Below are positions 1-12,502 of a stretch of 64,000 nt of DNA, piece by piece. The stretch is from Bispira polyomma (taxonomy: Eukaryota): positions 496,001 to 560,000 of the forward strand of contig OZ287752.1 in NCBI GenBank assembly GCA_965649765.1, read 5' to 3'. Position 1 is the stretch's first letter. Each line of letters opens with the position of its first letter. The translations under genes and the position numbers were made by a program. The notes below the pieces were generated by a model. The model did not search any database. It had not been told where the DNA came from and saw only the letters and a program-made list of their open reading frames with translations.

Positions 1-91
1 GGCAGTCTGCTGAGTCGAATATTAGCAACTAGTAACAGATTTCTGAAGAACTATTTCTATTGCTATTTGTCTGAATACTCTAAGCTGATTG

Positions 92-712
92 CTGCAATTC
101 ACTTTTCAGGAGTCTCTCAAAGTTTAATTTACGCAAATTACAATGCATTCAAAATAGTGCAGCTAGAATTGTGTCAAACACCAGTCGATACACTAGTATA
201 ACTCCTGTTCTGAAGAAATTGCATTGGCTCCCTGTTGAACAGCGTTCAGTGTTTAAGACAGCTACACCTGTTTATAAGTTTCTCCACACTGGGTTTCCAA
301 AGTATTTTGCCCCATATCTTTCCACTTACAGTAGTTCCTACAATACCAGACGTAGTCAGAGTGGTAGTAATTTCCTTGTTGTTCCGAAGTTCCACCCATC
401 TACTCAAAAGTCGGTTAAACAGTTTGGTCACAGCTTTGCTTTTGATGCTCCCATTGTTTGGAATGGTCTTCCTGATGTGATTCGTGCTTCCCCCTCACTA
501 GCCTGTTTTAGAAAGAAGCTTAAAACCCACTTGTACACTAAAGCATATCCACCTTAGTCTCAATCATCCCCCGGAGCGCTCTATGTTGCTGACCCTTTTT
601 CTGTCCCTTGATTTTGGAAATTGGATAACTATCTTTTGTGCTGGTGCGCCTTAGAGTCCCCTTTGTTAAGGGGAGATTAAGCGCAATAAAAGTCTAATTA
701 CAATTGCAATTA
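92..712 (+). mobile_element. 5'-truncated LINE (CR1/L2-group): RT C-terminus, 3' UTR and (CAATTA)-like tail
   Basis: ORF 171-557 reads SITPVLKKLHWLPV...FRKKLKTHLY, typical of CR1/L2-group ORF2 ends. Near-identical to 48602-49480 once the SINE there is removed. Confidence 0.9.
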
Positions 713-1334
713 AGAGATTTACAAATGTATTTTGAAGATTGTTCTAAGTATCCAGTATTATTTGTAAAACACCTCAAATCATTGATATTTCAAAACACTA
801 GCTTTTCTCTAACTTTAAGCACACTCTCAATGCATTTCAATGCATTTCAACTTTGTAAATATGCAACAGAAGTACAGATGTATTTTGAAGATTGTATTTA
901 GTATTATTTATACAACACCTCGAATCATTAGTCGTTTAAAACATTGTCAAATATTCAAATTCACGAGGTCACAAAGAGCCACAAAATAGTCTTTCACACT
1001 TTCCCATAGCTTCTATGTGGGTCAGCCCTATTTGGACAGTTAACTTTATTTAAAAACATATTACCAAAGAGCCACACAATCGTCCTTCACACTTTTCCAT
1101 AGGTTCTGTAACCGTCAGCCCCCATATGGAGGTCAATAATATTTGACTAATTCATGCTTGAGTGCTCAAGTTTGAAATTCCCTTTGTTGATTTTCATATA
1201 CCTCTTAATCTTTGCTGCAAAATATATCCTATAATACTAAAATCCTATCACAAGAGTAACAACTTTTCTGTATAATAGAGAGTTTTGTACAGAGCCTTTA
1301 AAGGCATGTCTTTCTCCCTTGCTTGTCAGGCAAT

Positions 1335-2598
1335 AATTTAGGCTTTCAAACTTTATGGGCTCTGGCATACCTGTTGGATTACAATTAAACATTCAGCAAT
1401 GGAAACTATTGTTACATGATTACTGGGACAAACAGTTGCTTCAATAGTTTGGCTTTCCTCCAGGTTTCCATAGAGAATGTAAATTAAGTAGTGATACAGA
1501 AAAGCACAAATCAGCTGTGGAATACCCACAGGATGTGGATGCATATATAAATAAGGAAAGAGACATGGAGCCATAATAGGTCCATTTGCAAAAAAAGAAC
1601 AAATTGACACCACTCACCTTTCATGACTACGTTAAAAACGCATTCGAATAATAGGCAAGTGATTATAGACCTTAGTTGGCCCAAAGGTTAATCCGTCAAT
1701 GCAGGGGTAGATAAAGACAGTTATCTTGGGGTGGATTTTAAGCTCAGCTTCCCTAGTATAGATGACTTAAGCCGAGAACTAACAAAACTAGGAAAGGGGG
1801 CATACATATATAAATTGGACGTCAGTCGGGTCTTCCGACTTTTGAAAATCTCTTGATTATGATGTGTTAGGCCTAAATTAGAATGGCAGTTATATAGATA
1901 CTTGCTTACCCTTTGGGAATTGTCATGGCGCACAATTTTTCAACATGTTAGTGATGCAGTGCGTCATGCGTCAACGTGGTTCCAGCGTTATAAATTATTG
2001 TGAAGATTTCTTTGATATGGCACACACCCAACATTGTCAAGCAATCTTTTCAATATTTGCATTAAACCATAGAGAAATTAGGTATAACTATCAGTAACAA
2101 AATGACAGTCATTTCCAGTACACAGGCCATGTGCCTGGAGGTACTTATTATATTGATACTGTTGACTTTACAGTCTCATTACCGTAAGAGAAGCTAAGTC
2201 AAATCAAACAAATGGTCACAGAATGGTAATTAAAAACACACTGCACAAAGAGGGAGTTGCAGTCACAAGTGTGTCAAACCGGCGCATTGTTTCCTCAACA
2301 GGATGCTGGAATCTTCCGGAGGTGTAGCAAATCCGAATATAATTGTACTAACTGATGATTTCAAAAGAGATTTAAAATGGTTTGACAAATTTCTCCCATT
2401 GTATAATGGGGTTCCATGTTTGGACATAAAGTCATAGATTATACTCTCAAATTAGATGCTTGCCTCACTGGGTTATGGGGTAAATGAAGAAGTCTGTTCT
2501 ATTTCTTACCAATACAAATGAACTTTCAAAATTTAGGCATCGTTCCCTTAGAAAAGGTAAACATTGTGGTTGCATTTAAATTGTATCATAACTTTTTG
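1335..2598 (+). mobile_element. Old degenerate DIRS/Ngaro retrotransposon, RT-RNaseH left part
   Basis: Broken frames give QLNIQQWKLLLHDYWDKQLL, RQVIIDLSWPKG, YIYKLDVSRVFR, YIDTCLPFG, LDACLTGL and IVPLEKVNIVVAFKL, collinear with the pol at 6055-7670. Confidence 0.85.
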
Positions 2599-2806
2599 CT
2601 AGGTAAACCCAACAGGGTTAGTAAGTTCAGTGCTGACCATAAATTACATTGTTAAAACTATTCTGGTTATGCTGACCTTTACTAGTGATTGGTCAGCAGT
2701 TGGCCTACTTTCTCTCACATTTGCCACCAATTTCTACCCAACCTCACTTAAATTTAAGAACTTGAAAGGGCAGAACGCCATCTTAAAATCTTTCAAATAT
2801 TTTTAC
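2599..2806 (+). repeat. Split direct repeat A1 (208 bp)
   Basis: CTAGGTAAACC...TTTCAAATATTTTTAC is repeated at 9051-9258 with few substitutions. Confidence 0.93.
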
Positions 2807-3117
2807 ATTTGTTTTTATATTTTACATAACTCTTTATTTGTGTGTCTTTTTATGCATCTTTACATAACCGAGTCTTAATATATGTTGTAGTAAGAGGATG
2901 AGAGCTTACTGGACTGGAAATTAAAGATTGCTGGCACCTGACTGGAGTTATTGTCAAATTGCTTTGACATATGCAAATTTTGCTCTTTCTTTAGGGCTAT
3001 AGTTGAGGGATGTGCTTACTTTGATTCGAAATTTAATACAATTTATTTACAAATTCAAAACAATCTCAACTTAAGATACGCATATACCAAAGCATTTGTG
3101 TATATTTTACTTGCAGA

Positions 3118-4179
3118 ATGGCACCTCGGGTGAATTATGATTGTAGGGTGTGCAAAAGTAGTCACAAAAAGCCCATTAATGACGATTGTCCATTCATAAA
3201 AAAATCTGACACTAATGAACAGAATGACACTACCAGTGCGGCTATTAACTTACGTATTTTAGAAGAATTAAAAGGTCTAAGTGGCCGCATGTCGGCAATG
3301 GAAAAACGTGTTGATCAATCTGAGTGTAGAAACAATCTTGCTAGTGCTCCAGCACTTACTGTGGCCGCTGCTCCTGCAGAATTCTCGACCCCAGCCACAT
3401 TTATGCAGCCGACAGTCCAAGGTACAACTCCGGCGGCGACGGCTCAACCAGTACTCCTGCCAGTTCCAGAGACAGACGATACGCTGGTCCCCACGCTGAC
3501 TACCCTAAGGACGTCAGACTACTTGCAGCAGGCGGTAGATGCTAGACTGCGCGACCTGGCTGGACTCTCTGACAAAGGTAACTGCAAATCTCAACGAGGT
3601 GGGGCTGAAACTGTATGGGTAAAAGGACAGGTGGAATGGCCACAAAATCATATTCTCGGTGGCACAACTAAATCTCGAACAACTTATGACAGCCTTTCGA
3701 TGGCCCAATGGGTCTCGGGTTTTTGCTCTATCGTTAGAGATGAGAATAATGTAGAAACAAAAAATGCAATGTTAGATTATGTTTAAGATCTAATGAAAGA
3801 TTGTCACGACTTTTCGTGGGCAGCTGCAAAAGGCAGCCACGCGGTGTTACTCTGTCGTATGGAGGAAGGTAAAGTTTCGTGGGACGAAACGGCTAAAATT
3901 GATCGTATTAGACGTTCTCATGCACAAAAAGTGGTCAACACTTCAGGTCACTCGAATTATCAGAGTACTAGGCAAAAAGCTAATGAAAAGGGAATTCCCT
4001 GTAAATACTTTCAAAAAGGATCCCGTCCCCAGAAGACTGAACATGAAACCAAAGGTCAGACGTATTTGTACATCTGTGCTACTTGCCTGACTTTTGGGAA
4101 AAGCTTCTCACACCCATCTAGAGACTGTCATAGGAACAAAACTAGTAAATTTGGTGAAAGTAGTGCAAAAACCGAGTAG
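3118..4179 (+). pseudogene. Ngaro gag-like ORF1 with one in-frame stop (3784-3786)
   Basis: ORFs 3118-3786 and 3793-4179 share a frame. N-terminal CxxC..H..C and C-terminal Cys/His clusters (CKYFQKG..H, ICATC..HPSRDC). First ORF of the element. Confidence 0.85.
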
Positions 4180-4196
4180 GGCACTGCAGTACAGCA

Positions 4197-7100
4197 GTGC
4201 CCAAAATTGATAAAAAATATTCTGCTCATATCTCCAGTACACATGTAAATGATCACAAGCAGTATTGTGCTGGTAGAACTGTATATAATGTAAATGTTGC
4301 CAGATGGTGTAGCGACAATTGGAGGGCTGACTGGGCCAGATTTAGCAAGAAATCATATGCTCAGGTAGTAAAAGGAAATAAAAACAATATTCAAAACGGG
4401 GGATTAAGCTTAGGTCAAGGTCAGCCCTCCAAAGGTCGCTCAAATGTACAGAAAAAGTTGTTTCAAAATGTAAAAAGAAAAAATGTAAACAATTGCAAGC
4501 AGTGGACAAAGGTTCCACAAAAGGAGAACCCAAAGCCAATTGTAAAACGTCAAATACCCCATTCAAAAGTAGAGAATAAGGGTCAAACTGACACCTCCAG
4601 TAAAAACAAGGGTGATGTCGACAAGGTAATCTCTACCAAATCAGTGAGGTGTGAGGTCGTGAACAACAATGATATTAAGTGTCAGAATAGATTTACACAC
4701 TTGCCAGCATGTACTGAAACTGAAGCAATTAGTCACATCAGATTCTCAAGTTCAACAGACGATATCCCAAACAATCAGACTGGGGACAAGTATGAACAAG
4801 AGTTACAAGTTAAAAGAAAACATAGGGATGTGGTAGCCAAAGCGGAAAACAACCCTTTGTTTCAAAAATGGAACAAGCAAAATAAAGAGAAATTTGGCTT
4901 CATTCCACTAGGAAATTTAAAACTCCCAAATGAGGTTAAGGCAAGTTTGTTATAATTTGAGTTATATGTTTTGGTTACTAGTTAAGCATTCTATATGTGG
5001 ACATTCTGATGTAGTTCATTTATTTCATGTGTGTTTAAAATGTCATATGTGGTGTACAGACTTGAGGGGTATCAGCTGATGTGTATTAGGTACAATATTA
5101 TTGGAGAACTGTCAGTTATAAAAGTTTAGGGTCCAGTCGCATATATGCAGATACACTATACATTATTGGTAATATGTTGTTGAGGAGTAGTTATGACTTT
5201 TAAACATGTTATTTAGCAGTTGTATTTAATTGTGAGTGTTACTATCACATGTAATTTAGAATTTAGTAGTGTATATTAGACATTGTGGTTTATCACTCAG
5301 GAGTGATTCTACACAGTGTACATTGAGCTTAAGCTATGCTCTGTTCAGAAACTTTGATTCAATATAGTCTAGGTATTCTGTTGAGCGGTTTTGACACAGG
5401 CATACTGTCTAAGGTGTAGAATGGCAAACAGTTTAGTTTAAAAATCAGTGGAGTTTTAGCAGCCAGTGTGGTAGTGTTACCGGGGAAGGAAATGTAACTT
5501 ATACTACAGGAGTGTTTCACTGGTGCTGGCAGTACGCCCTTTATGACTGAACAATTGAGGCTGGTGGTATCATTCATCTTGTTAGTTACACAGAACAACA
5601 GTGTATGGTGATACAGGCAAGATTCAGCATGTTATATCGACTCCGCACAATTCTTCACTGGGACTGTGAGTTATGACTGCATAACAACTTTAGTCAAACT
5701 TGAACTGACAACAACAACGTTACTGTAATACAGCTAACAGCTTGGAAGACATTTCATCAGGAGGACAATAGTCAGGAACTTTGTGAACTATGGTATTGTA
5801 ACATTATTAAAGGTGTATCCTTGGTGAGAGTAATTTATTAATAATCTGGTTTTGAACCTATGATGTAAAGAGAGTTAAAATTTAAGATTGAACACATTTA
5901 ATGTGAGCCACATGTTATTTTGTCTTATCCTTGTAATTCTGAATAAATAGCAATAAGCTTAGTAAAGTTAGAACGCTCTTTTACTATCTTACTATCTACA
6001 AACCACTATACAATCAAAGTGTAACAAAGTTCACACTCAGGTGATCCTCTTGAGTTGCACAAGTTAGTGAGAAAACAAAAATGTCCAAATTTCTTAGGAG
6101 CTCAAATAACAGTGGCTTCTCAGCTGCATGTAGAAGAATGGGAAAAACTATTGGGTGACTATTGGGATACTCAACTGAACCATTTGCTTAAATTTGGATT
6201 TCCCTTAGATTTTAATAGAAATTGTCCCTTAGAAAACAAAGGTGACAACCATAGCTCAGCTATCTAGTTTCAAGAAGACGTTCAAGCTTATCTCAAGGAG
6301 GAAAAAGAGTTCGGAGCAATAATTGGGCCATTCAAAGAACCCCCTTTATCCGAACTACACGTTTCACCATTCATGACTCGGCCTAAACCGGATGCTAAGC
6401 ATAGAAGAGTTATTATTGACCTAAGTTGCCCACAGGGTCGTGCTGTAAATTCAGCCATAGATAGAGACCAATATCTTGACACTCCCTTTATACTTACATT
6501 ACCCACAGTGGATGATGTCACACGTAATGTAATCAAATTAGGCAGAGGTACACTATTGTACAAGCTAGATATCAGTCGCGCCTTTAGGCACGTAAAAATT
6601 GATCCAGCCGACTACGACCTGCTAGGCTTGAGATTAAATGAGTACTATATCGATACATGTCTGCCCTTTGGCTATCGCCACGGCAGCGCCATTTTTCAAC
6701 GCCTCAGCGACGCTATTCGGTTTATCTTGACGTCACAAGGTTATGATGTCATATTGATGACGTCATAGGATATGGAATTTCGGCAAACATTTTCGAAGCT
6801 TTTGAGAAATTGAAAGAAATTTTTCATAAATTAGGTTTTGCTCTCAGTAACAAAAAAGTGGTCGCTCCTAGTACCAAAGTAGTATGCGTAGGCATCCTCA
6901 TCAATACTGAAGATTTTACCGTATCTATCCCAGATAGTAAACTAAATAAGACAAAACATATATGTCACAGTTGGACAACTAAGAAAACATGCACCAAACG
7001 ACAGCTCCAGTCATTCCTGGGTTCATTGTTATACATCTCAAAATGTGTCAAAACGTCACAAGCTTACCTCAATAGAATATTGGACACCCTCAGAGGTGCT

Positions 7101-7670
7101 CAAAATGCTCAGAACATTAAGTTAGATATAAATTTTCACCAGGATCTCAACTGGTTTAATACCTTTCTTACAACATTCAATGGTATGGCCTTCTTTGACC
7201 ACAGACCAGTAACAGACCAGGTACATCTGGATGCATGTTTGCAGGGACTGGGTGCATGTTGTAACAATCAAATTTTTACTAAAGAAATTCCTCTTGGCTA
7301 TAGAGACTACACTATCGTCCACCTGGAGATGATAAATATTTTAGTATCTATTAGGCTTTGGAAAAGTAAATGGTCGGGGAAAAAATTACTTATACACTGT
7401 GATAACCAAGCAGTTGTGTCTATCTTGAACTCAGGAAAGACCTATGATCTTACTCTCACAGCAATGACTGGAAATATTTTCATGGAAGCTGCAAAGGCAG
7501 ATATAGAAATCAGAACGGTTCATATCCTGGGTAAAAGAAACAATATAGCTGATTTACTTTCTAGATGGGCCATTACCACTGACAGGGATAGGAAATTACA
7601 GGAAATACTTCAGAATCCAACATGGTTACAGGTCCATGATGACCTTTTAGAGATAGATTGGTCTATATAG
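4197..7670 (+). pseudogene. Ngaro pol (N-terminal extension + RT + RNase H), disrupted by a solo LTR, a stop at 6265 and a frameshift at the YxDD motif near 6750
   Basis: RVIIDLS, YKLDISRAFRHV, DTCLPFG and shifted IDD (att gat gac, ~6753). RNase H motifs HLDAC, HLEMIN, HCDNQAVV, NNIADLLSR. Removing 4948-6031 joins EVKAS to SHSGDPLELHK in frame. Confidence 0.92.
4948..6026 (+). mobile_element. Solo LTR (1079 bp) of an LTR retrotransposon
   Basis: Termini TGTTATA...TGTAACA. Exact 5-bp TSD AAGTT (4943-4947, 6027-6031). AATAAA at 5942. Excision restores the host frame. Confidence 0.9.
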
Positions 7671-7685
7671 TTCTAACAATTTCAG

Positions 7686-8640
7686 CATCTCCTACCTGGG
7701 TAGGATTGGCAGACAGAGCAGTCACTGGAGCGCATCAGGCCTTTCGTCCTTCCACACAAAAGTCCTACACAGCAATGTTTAGGGTATTTTTAGCATATTG
7801 CTGCTTTCCAAATATTTCTATATATAATATCGTTCCTTCAGTAATTGTAGCCTTTCTGTAGGTCCTAGTAGTTAACAATACCTCTCATACCTCTGTAGCA
7901 AACTATCTCTCAGCGATAAAAGCTAATATGTCACTATATGGGCTTCCAGTCACTGCTTTTGCGGATCAAAGAATTAAGTATTTTCAAAAAGCCCTTGTTT
8001 TACACAAACCTTTTAAGGCAAAAATAAATGGTTTCATTGACGTTGATTTGTTGCAGAAAATAGCACTGGTTTGTGATTCTATGTATATGGGGCAAGTGAA
8101 CAAAGCTGCCTATCTATTAGCATTCTTTTCTTTCTTGCGAATCTCGAATCTAGTTCCCCATTGCAGCAACTGGCTAGGGCTGATATCATTTTCGCCCAGC
8201 CAGGTGCTCACATCATAATTGAATGGACTAAAACCCTTCAGTCGAGAAACACCATTAAGGTGATAAAAATACCCACACTGAAAAATAAAATTATTTGTCC
8301 AGTGACCGCCCTCAAAGTCCTTCTTGCAATAACACCGGGTGATAAAAATTCTCCACTATTCCAAGTGAAAAACGACACTCGATGGCTAACATTAACAGAC
8401 AGCAAAATTCGCAGAAATCTCAAAGATATTTTAGTTAGACTAAACAAAGATCAAGCAAATATAACATTTCACACATTCCGTCGCTCTGGGGCGACCTTAG
8501 CATTTAATGCTCATGTTCCATTACAGGACATACAAAGTCAGGGCATCTGGTCCTCTGATTGTGGCGATATATCACTCAGGACCACTCGGCCTCTGATCAG
8601 GTTGCCCTTGCCCTACAATCTCTCCTCAACCCACTACCTA
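7686..8640 (+). pseudogene. Ngaro tyrosine recombinase (one stop, two frameshifts)
   Basis: AFRPSTQKSY, FFSFLRISNL (catalytic R), WTKT (K), FHTFRRSGAT (HxxR), GIWSSDC, then a shifted RYI carrying the catalytic Tyr. Confidence 0.92.
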
Positions 8641-8658
8641 CTCCCTAGTTGGGCCTTG

Positions 8659-9050
8659 GTGGTTATTGTCTCTTTCACTATAATTTAGTGCATATAAAAT
8701 ATAAATATTTTATCTATTATGGCCACCTTTTAGTCTAGGCCAATTGAAATATGTAATTTTGTTAAGGTTAGCTTAAATTCAAATATGTAAATTGCTTAAG
8801 GTTACCTTAAATTCTGGTAAACTTTAAGTCAAAATTCAAAAATTGTAACCTTAAATTTAGTCGCTTTGAAGTCACCCTTAAGGTGAACTTAGACTAACCT
8901 TAAAGTTCTAACTAAGGTGGCCTTATATCATATTCTAAATATACATTTTAACCCAGTTAACTATATGTGTAGTGATAGGTTAAAAAATATATATCCGAAC
9001 TGCTAGTCTCACTCAAGGTCATCCTCTCAACCTTAGGTCAGGGCACTGTG
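8659..9050 (+). repeat. Split direct repeat B1
   Basis: Matches 10000-10450 except for two segments missing here (59 bp total). Confidence 0.92.
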
Positions 9051-9258
9051 CTAGGTAAACCAAACGGGGTTAGTAAGTTCAGTGCTGACCATAAATTACA
9101 TTGTTAAAACTATTCTGGTTATGCTGACCTTTACTAGTGGTTGGCCAGCAGTTGGCCTACTTTCTCTCACATTTGCCGCCAATTTCTACCCAACCTCACT
9201 TTAATTTAAGAACTTGAAAGGGCAGAACGCCATCTTAAAAACTTTCAAATATTTTTAC
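9051..9258 (+). repeat. Split direct repeat A2
   Basis: Copy of 2599-2806, directly abutting B1. Confidence 0.93.
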
Positions 9259-9999
9259 CCCACCCTCATCCCCAACTACACCTGTAAGGGCTCTTTCTGC
9301 GTCACACCGGGAGCAAGCTTCAACAGGAAGGTTTCTGTCTGGTCCACTTTACACCTCATGCGCAGGGGCGGTGATGTACCGGGGTTGGGTCTTTGACCAG
9401 CAAGCAACATGGCTCTGCTGCAGGCTTTCATCCCTTGGTACAGTGTGGTCCTTTCAGGCTCCTTCCTGTTCGTCTCCGCACTTATAATGGAAATTCCATG
9501 CCTCCTAGGAAGTTTCTCATATTTTAGGAATCAGCCCTTCCAGCCGTGGTTCAAACTTTTCAGCAATTGTATGTCACTATTTTGTTGTCACATGTTGTAT
9601 TTAAATAAAATTGTTGACATATATATCAGAATTTAGACATGGTGTTAACAGTTGTTTGTGTTAGTTTCACTGCAAGTCGAGGAGCCTCACAATGTAAAAC
9701 AAAGTAAATGGTCAAGCAAGCCTATCAGCCAAGCAAGCCTCAAGCAACCAAGCAGCATTTACCTGATATTGTATTTGTGAACAATAAATCTTCTTACTAC
9801 ACATATACAAGGTGCAGGACCTATACTTGATGTTAACGGCTGTATTATTCATCAAAGTAAGGCATAGTGAGATCATGGGTGCTTTGGACTTTAAAAGACA
9901 TTCGTTTACATGCATCCTCTTTGTTATTTTATTAGTTTTTAGTTTTCAGCTAGATACTGTCTCTGTACCATTTTCTTTTAAATCTTTACTCTTGTTAAT

Positions 10000-10450
10000 G
10001 TGGTTATTGTCTCTTTCACTATAATTTAGTGCATATAAAATGTAAATATTTTATCTATTATGGCCACCTTTTAGTCAAAACTTTTACTAACCTTAACTAG
10101 ACGCATGTAAGGCCTAGGCCAATTGAAATATGTAATTTTGTTAAGGTTAGCTTAAATTCTGTTAAACTTAAAGTCTTAACAAATATGTAAATTGCTTAAG
10201 GTTACCTTAAATTCTGGTAAACTTTAAGCCAAAATTCAAAAATGGTAACCTTAAATTTAGTCGCTTTGAAGTCACCCTTAAGGTGAACTTAGACTAACCT
10301 TAAAGTTCTAACTAAGGTGGCCTTATACCATATTCTAAATATACATTTTTACCTAGTTAACTATATGTGTAGTGATAGATTAAAAAATATATATCCCAAC
10401 TGCTAGTCTCACTCAAGGTCATCCTCTCAACCTTAGGTCAGGGCAATGTG
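10000..10450 (+). repeat. Split direct repeat B2 (right terminus)
   Basis: Copy of 8659-9050 ending ...GGTCAGGGCAATGTG. Confidence 0.92.
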
Positions 10451-11250
10451 AAAGGACCCAAAATATAAGTCAAATGCGACAATCAGGCTGTAGTCAGCAT
10501 TCTTAAATCAGGAATGGCAAGAGACCCTTTTCTGGCTGCTTGTACCAGAAATATCTGGTACATGGCTGCTTTGGCAGATGTAGACTTGCAGTATATACAT
10601 GTGTTAGACAAATTAACAGGTTTGCAGATCTATTGCCCAGATGGACTAATTCTGTTAGCAATATCAATGAATTGAATTGTTTGGTTAAAACCCCAGTTTG
10701 GTCGAAAACATCCATAGAGTTATTACATATAGATAATACATAATAGAGAAATATGCTGATATTGAACCTAGATGCTTTGTGTTGTAGGGAAGCATGCGTT
10801 GAAGGGTCTGCAATCTCAAGCATAGAGGAGACTACACACAGCCTTCAGACCAAACACACAGCATTGCTATGAAATGTTGTTTAGAACTTTTGTGGCCTTT
10901 GCTATAAATGTAGCTATGGTTTTAGAAGCCTTGGATGTAAATAGTATCATTTCCTTTCTGGGATTATTGGTAATTAACAAAGTTTTAGTACACATGGTAG
11001 CGAATACGGGGAAATCTTTCAAAATCAATCAACCTCATGTGTTAGTGAAACGCAACATCATGGACATTTTAAAAGCTTATTGTTCAATGAGGAACTATCA
11101 GTAATGCACATGTGTTTAAAGAAATTTTTCTAATGGGATTCTTTGGCTTCTTTAGGTTGTCAAATTTAGCACTCCATGCCCCAAACAAATTTGACCCGGC
11201 CAGGCATTGAAACGGGTGCTGATGTGTTTCTTTTTCAAAAAACCTTGGTA
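10451..11250 (+). mobile_element. Old DIRS/Ngaro element, right part (RNase H end + YR N-terminal half)
   Basis: KGPKI*VKCDNQAVVSILKSG..RDPFLAACTRNIW..ADLLPRW, then AFRPNTQHCYEMLFRTFVAF and GFFRLSNL. Confidence 0.85.
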
Positions 11251-11261
11251 AAACTTTCAGT

Positions 11262-11690
11262 AACTCTTTAAAAAACTACACTGGCTTTCCATTCATTAAC
11301 GAATTTTGTTCAAAATTAACGTTACCACATTTCAGGTTGTATCTACACAACATCCCTCCTACTTCTCTTCCCTTCTCTCTTCCAGTAACCTAAAGAGAGA
11401 CAATAGATTGTCTGTTTATTCTGTTAAACCCTCCAGGAAGGCGAGATCTAGATATTTCTCTATTGCAGCTCCCTTGATATGCAACAGTCATCCAGTCGAC
11501 CTCAGATCATATGACGCACTTATCAGTTTTAGGAAAAAGCTTAAAACATATCTTTTTAACCTGACCTTTCCACGAGTTTTCATCCTGTACACACCTGCAT
11601 CCTTCATTGCAACTTGCTATGTCCATGGATTGCACGATTCAATTACTGATTGGGTTGTTGAGCTTTAGAAGATGCCTAGCATTTGACACA
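11262..11690 (+). mobile_element. LINE 3' fragment (second CR1/L2-group family)
   Basis: LKKLHWL...FSIAAPLICNS..FRKKLKTYLF. 3' end similar to 21825-22412 and 55265-56145. Confidence 0.8.
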
Positions 11691-12326
11691 ATGGCTGCAA
11701 AAGCATCTGTTTTAAAGAACAGGTAAAATAAAAACAGAAGTTTAAAGAAAACATAGAACACATGTGGTTTTGTACTATAAGTAACTCAGTTGGTACTTTT
11801 TTATTGTTTCTTAAACAATAGATATATTGGTAGAATATATTTCCAAGTCTAATTAAACATTTAATTATGTGAAGTGTTATTAAGTGTTGTTATTTAGTAC
11901 AAAACAATATCAACAAAATGTGTTGGTGATGAAATGTAAACATACTAAAAATATTGATGTGCAGTTTCAACAAAATTATAGACATTTAATGAAATATATG
12001 TGTTACAAAGTATGATTAATATGATCATCAAATAGTTTTTGTAATTCAATGTTGTCAGACATTTCATAAGTCTACATTGACAAAGGTTTTGAAATGATCC
12101 CAAAATCCACCTCTCTTTTCTATGAATATTTCCCCACACATTGTCAGAGATACACCTTAAAATGTCACTAATTTATAATTTTTTAGAAATTCACTTTTGC
12201 CATCTTTTAATAAAATGATAAATTGACTTCTTGTTTGCACTGTGAATTATTGTTAACTATTTCGGCTCAATGGCTAAAATAGGTACAATTAATTGCTTGT
12301 GTAGCGTTCCACTTCTACAGTACATC

Positions 12327-12502
12327 TCACAAGTCCTCCAGCCTGGTGCCAGTGTCTGGATCTGTCACCGTCACCTCTGGCCCAAGACTTCCCACCCTGT
12401 ATGGTGGAGGCGCCAGTCTAGAGATTCCTTGTCTGCTGGGGATGTAGGGACTGCGAGGAGGTGGTGGTAACCATGGTGATTTACGAGATGCACTCGGTGG
12501 TC
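12327..12502 (-). CDS. DEG/ENaC exon 22: Pro-rich C-terminus with PPPY, stop codon
   Basis: tttttattag| phase 1. GPPSASRKSPWLPPPPRSPY...APPPYRVG...RLEDL*. Confidence 0.8.

Larger units (their letters stand above)
2599..10450 (+). mobile_element. Near full-length Ngaro/PAT-type tyrosine-recombinase retrotransposon with split direct repeats (A1-gag-pol-YR-B1-A2-spacer-B2), inactivated
   Basis: A1 2599-2806 matches A2 9051-9258. B1 8659-9050 matches B2 10000-10450. Gag, RT/RNaseH and YR frames lie in between, and there is no TSD. Confidence 0.93.
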
